This document shows, piece by piece, positions 60,960 through 64,000 of a stretch of 64,000 bases of DNA. The stretch spans positions 682,001 to 746,000 of the forward strand of contig CDRNST010000130.1 in the NCBI GenBank assembly GCA_977016875.1, given 5' to 3'. Numbering within the stretch: position 1 is the first letter of the stretch; each line of letters opens with the position of its first letter. Origin of the DNA: Pavona decussata. Its lineage: Eukaryota. A program made the position numbers and the translations under genes. The notes under the pieces are model-generated. The model ran no database searches and was not told the DNA's origin. It saw only the letters and a list, made by a program, of their open reading frames with translations.

Positions 60960-62730
60960 TTCACCTCTCTTTTCTTGGAGCGGGGACTGGACCAAGAGGA
61001 TGTCACTGAGTCGTTGGCTGTTGAGTGGCTGTACTTGTTGATAGAGGTATACTGTCATTGAAGCTTTGCTTTCCTGAGGATACAGTATTTGCATGCTTCA
61101 AGGGAGGTTTAGTTCTCGGCTTTGGCACAGGAGTAGTACGAATAGAAGTTTTGGTTCTCGGTTTTGGCACAGGAGGAGTTTGGGTGTTTGGCATAAATGA
61201 CTGTTTAGTGCTGTTTAATGAGGACGGACTATGATAACCATTAGATCCATTGTTGGAAGGCGATCTGTATGGTTTGAGATGTTTGATATACACCTGTTTT
61301 GTCAGTTTCTTCCCAGACCCATTTTCAAGCCTGCAGGTGCCCTTACCAGGATTTATTTGGGTGATTTTGTACGGGCCAAGCCACTGGTCTTCGTACTTGT
61401 ACCCTGCCTTTGTCATCTGCAGCATGTTTCGTTGCAACACAAGATCACCCACTAGAACAGGACACACAGATTGGCCTCTCTTCATCTTGTACTGATGTTT
61501 CTGTCGTTCTTGCGCTTGTTTGATGTTTGTATCAACAGGTGGGAATAGAGTGTCCCTTATCCGCGACATCTCGTTGACCTGTTCTCTTATGGCTTCCCCA
61601 CTGCTAAGATCATCCATAAGTTGAGCTAAGTTTTCAAAGCCAGTGAGAGATTGCTCAAGTTTTTCAACCTCAAATGGTATCTCCCATACATCAGAAAGAA
61701 GGGGCTATATTTTGTGGTGGTGGATTCATTTGTGTTAATCGTGAACACCGTCCCTTTTACATAGTCATCCCACATGTCTTGGTTGTCCTCCATGAGTTTT
61801 CTGAGAGTTCAAAAAAATATAAAGAGTAATATACTGTGAGTGCTTGGAATGTGACGTGGCACAGTTAAAAATGTCGCGATGTACCAATTGGTTTCTCTGT
61901 CAACAGCCTTATTTCTTCACATGTTCAGTCTTTCAACGGACCGATTAATTAATTAATTAATTTATTTATTTATTTATTTATTTTTGAACTAGAAACGCCC
62001 AAGGGTTTATTTGACCTAATTCATTACATTTTCTTTCATTATTTACATTATCGCACGCAACAGTCATGCTGTCAATCAAGTTACCTTTTAATGGACTGGT
62101 TGGTTCTTTCATCTAAACCATTAGCTTGTGGGTGGTAGGCTGAAGTGATGCGATGCTTGACTCCAAACGTTGAAAGTAATCTCTCTGACAGCTGAAATGG
62201 TAGAGGTTTCTCACAGTCACAGCAACTTACTTTCAAAAAATATATTTTTGTTAAGAGAAATATGTCTTAGTAACGTAACAGCAGAATACTGATTATCGCT
62301 TAAAATAACCACAACGTAGCTTCAATGTGTCTTCTAAAAGACCCAGATAAATTGAACACGAGCAAAGGGAAAACAAATGAGAACAACAAATTCAAATTTC
62401 AGGGCTAATTGCACAATTTACCTGATTTACAAACTCCCGTCCTTCGTCAGAAATTATGTGTACAGGAACCCCATGTCTGCAGAAGGTTGAGTAGAGAGCC
62501 TTTGCCACCTATCTGCACTTTTATCGGGTAACGGAACACACTCTGCGTACTTTGTGAAGTAATCTGTCTCTGTCAACAGGTACTTGCTTCCGTTCTGTGA
62601 GATTGCGGGGGCTTCGATGAGATCAATTCCGATAAGATACCAGGGCTTCGGAACAACCTTGATGGGGTGAAGAACATCAAATGTCTTCACTTCGGGGGCA
62701 TTACGCTGGCATCTGTCACAATGTTTTATC
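60960..62730 (-). pseudogene. Ginger-type (Gypsy-integrase-related) transposase with introns
   Basis: CDRCQ, IGIDL, DYFTK, ISDEGREFVNQ|intron 62192-62421|AYHPQANGLDERTNQ|intron about 61801-62084|SPFFLMYGR, WLGPY. Confidence 0.8.
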
Positions 62731-63024
62731 GAGAGAAATATGTATCAACAGGCACTTAATTCAATTTTACATTCCCTCTACGTTGTCATTCTGTTCGAGA
62801 ACCAACAAGTCCGGGAAAGTTTAGAAAAAAATAACTGTAATCGACCCACTTTATTAACACTATGACGGCGATTTTGCTGCATTGCTGCTTGAAATAAATA
62901 GTGCTAAAGCATGACTAAGTATCTTCACTCGTACAAGGACAGCAAAATATATATAAAGGGCTTATGTTTGCAACTATGCGAGACATGAAATTGCCACTAC
63001 GCAGAATGACAAAGGGACGATTGA

Positions 63025-63604
63025 TAGGAAACTTAGGGGTTCACCTGTCCGATAACGTAACATGGAACGAGCATGTCAATCATATTGTAAAGAAAGGGTG
63101 TAAGCGGCTATATGGAATACGCGCCCTTAAGAAATGCGGACTAACTGATAGGCAACTTGTTCTTGTCTATTTTAGAGTATGCGAGTCCCGCCTGGGCTGG
63201 CCTCACGCAATACTTAAGTGATCAAATTGAGTCAATACAAAAGAGGGCGCCAAAAATTATCTTTCCTTCTCTGTGCTATGAGGACGCGCTTAAGAAGTCA
63301 GGCTTAATCTTGCTGTGCCAGAGGAGGGAGGATGCCTGTATAACATTTCTCAAGCGAAGTTACTCCTCTTCCGACCTGCTACGAAGCTTAGTGCCGAGAG
63401 TTGTGAACACAAGACCGTATGCCCTTAGAACAGGAGAATCTGTTTTCGTGGCTGCCTCGGCAAGAACTAACAGATTTGGAAATTTTTGCACCATAAAATA
63501 CCAGAATCTTGTTTAAAATAATATTTATGTGTCCGATATATTTGTACGTAATTAATGACCCACCTTGTAATTCAGTTTATACTGCAAAAAGGTTGAATAA
63601 ACGA

Positions 63605-63637
<33 letters not shown>
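63025..63637 (+). mobile_element. 5'-truncated CR1/L2-group LINE (RT C-terminus, 3' UTR, (ATT)n tail)
   Basis: LGVHLSDNVTWNEHV..KRLY..EYASPAW..IESIQKRA..L.QRRE; AATAAA followed by (ATT)n. Confidence 0.88.
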
Positions 63638-63667
<30 letters not shown>

Positions 63668-64000
63668 TAACTTAATCTGTAGTCAAAATATCTGCATTCC
63701 TTGTATTCTTTAATCTTTCACATGCATGCACAGCCTGAGTTCACAGAATGCAGCATCCCCGAGTCAGTCTTTAAAATAATAATAAAGATGCAATCATTTA
63801 TTAACTGTCCTTGTTTCTGAAGTTTTCATTTAACATAATAGCAGTGAGCCAAAATAGCTACCATTCCTGTAACTTCCGTCCAGGCTAGCCTTAGAAGTTT
63901 CCGTAGCCTCAATTTTGGGGTCAAGCCATTGATGTCCACCAGATCCATACCGATGAAACTTTGGCCATCAAGTTCAGAGTCTTACAACAGAAAAAGGGAA

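Overview
AT-rich eukaryotic DNA with spliceosomal introns, SINE/LINE remnants and MITEs. The repeat types suggest a cnidarian, probably a stony coral (inference). The window is almost entirely nested mobile elements. Its backbone is four or more decayed Polinton/Maverick (adintovirus-like) endogenous virus segments: A 1-6385, a mini-derivative 18905-20330, B about 25090-37800 and C 46559-57008. Together they encode protein-primed PolB pieces, an A32-type packaging ATPase, a penton-like protein, fibre proteins with YadA/phage-fibre-like repeats, 2-TM proteins and a VLTF3-like zinc-ribbon protein. I could not recognise a major capsid protein, integrase or adenain protease. Inserted in or between these segments are: a Gmr1-type Gypsy LTR element (PR-INT-RT-RH order) carrying a Tigger/pogo MITE; an intact hAT transposon with a 6-bp TSD; a PAT-like tyrosine-recombinase retrotransposon with split direct repeats and an apparently spliced gag; Penelope, CR1/L2, Ginger and EnSpm remnants; and several MITEs. 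The most novel-looking candidates are (i) a module in segment B, where repeated NF-kB-like sites coupled to a TTACGCGTAA palindrome lie between small Rho-N/NUMOD1-like DNA-binding genes; (ii) fibre genes with conserved stalks but divergent heads; and (iii) a minisatellite-filled intron in the retrotransposon gag. All alignments and identities were judged by eye.
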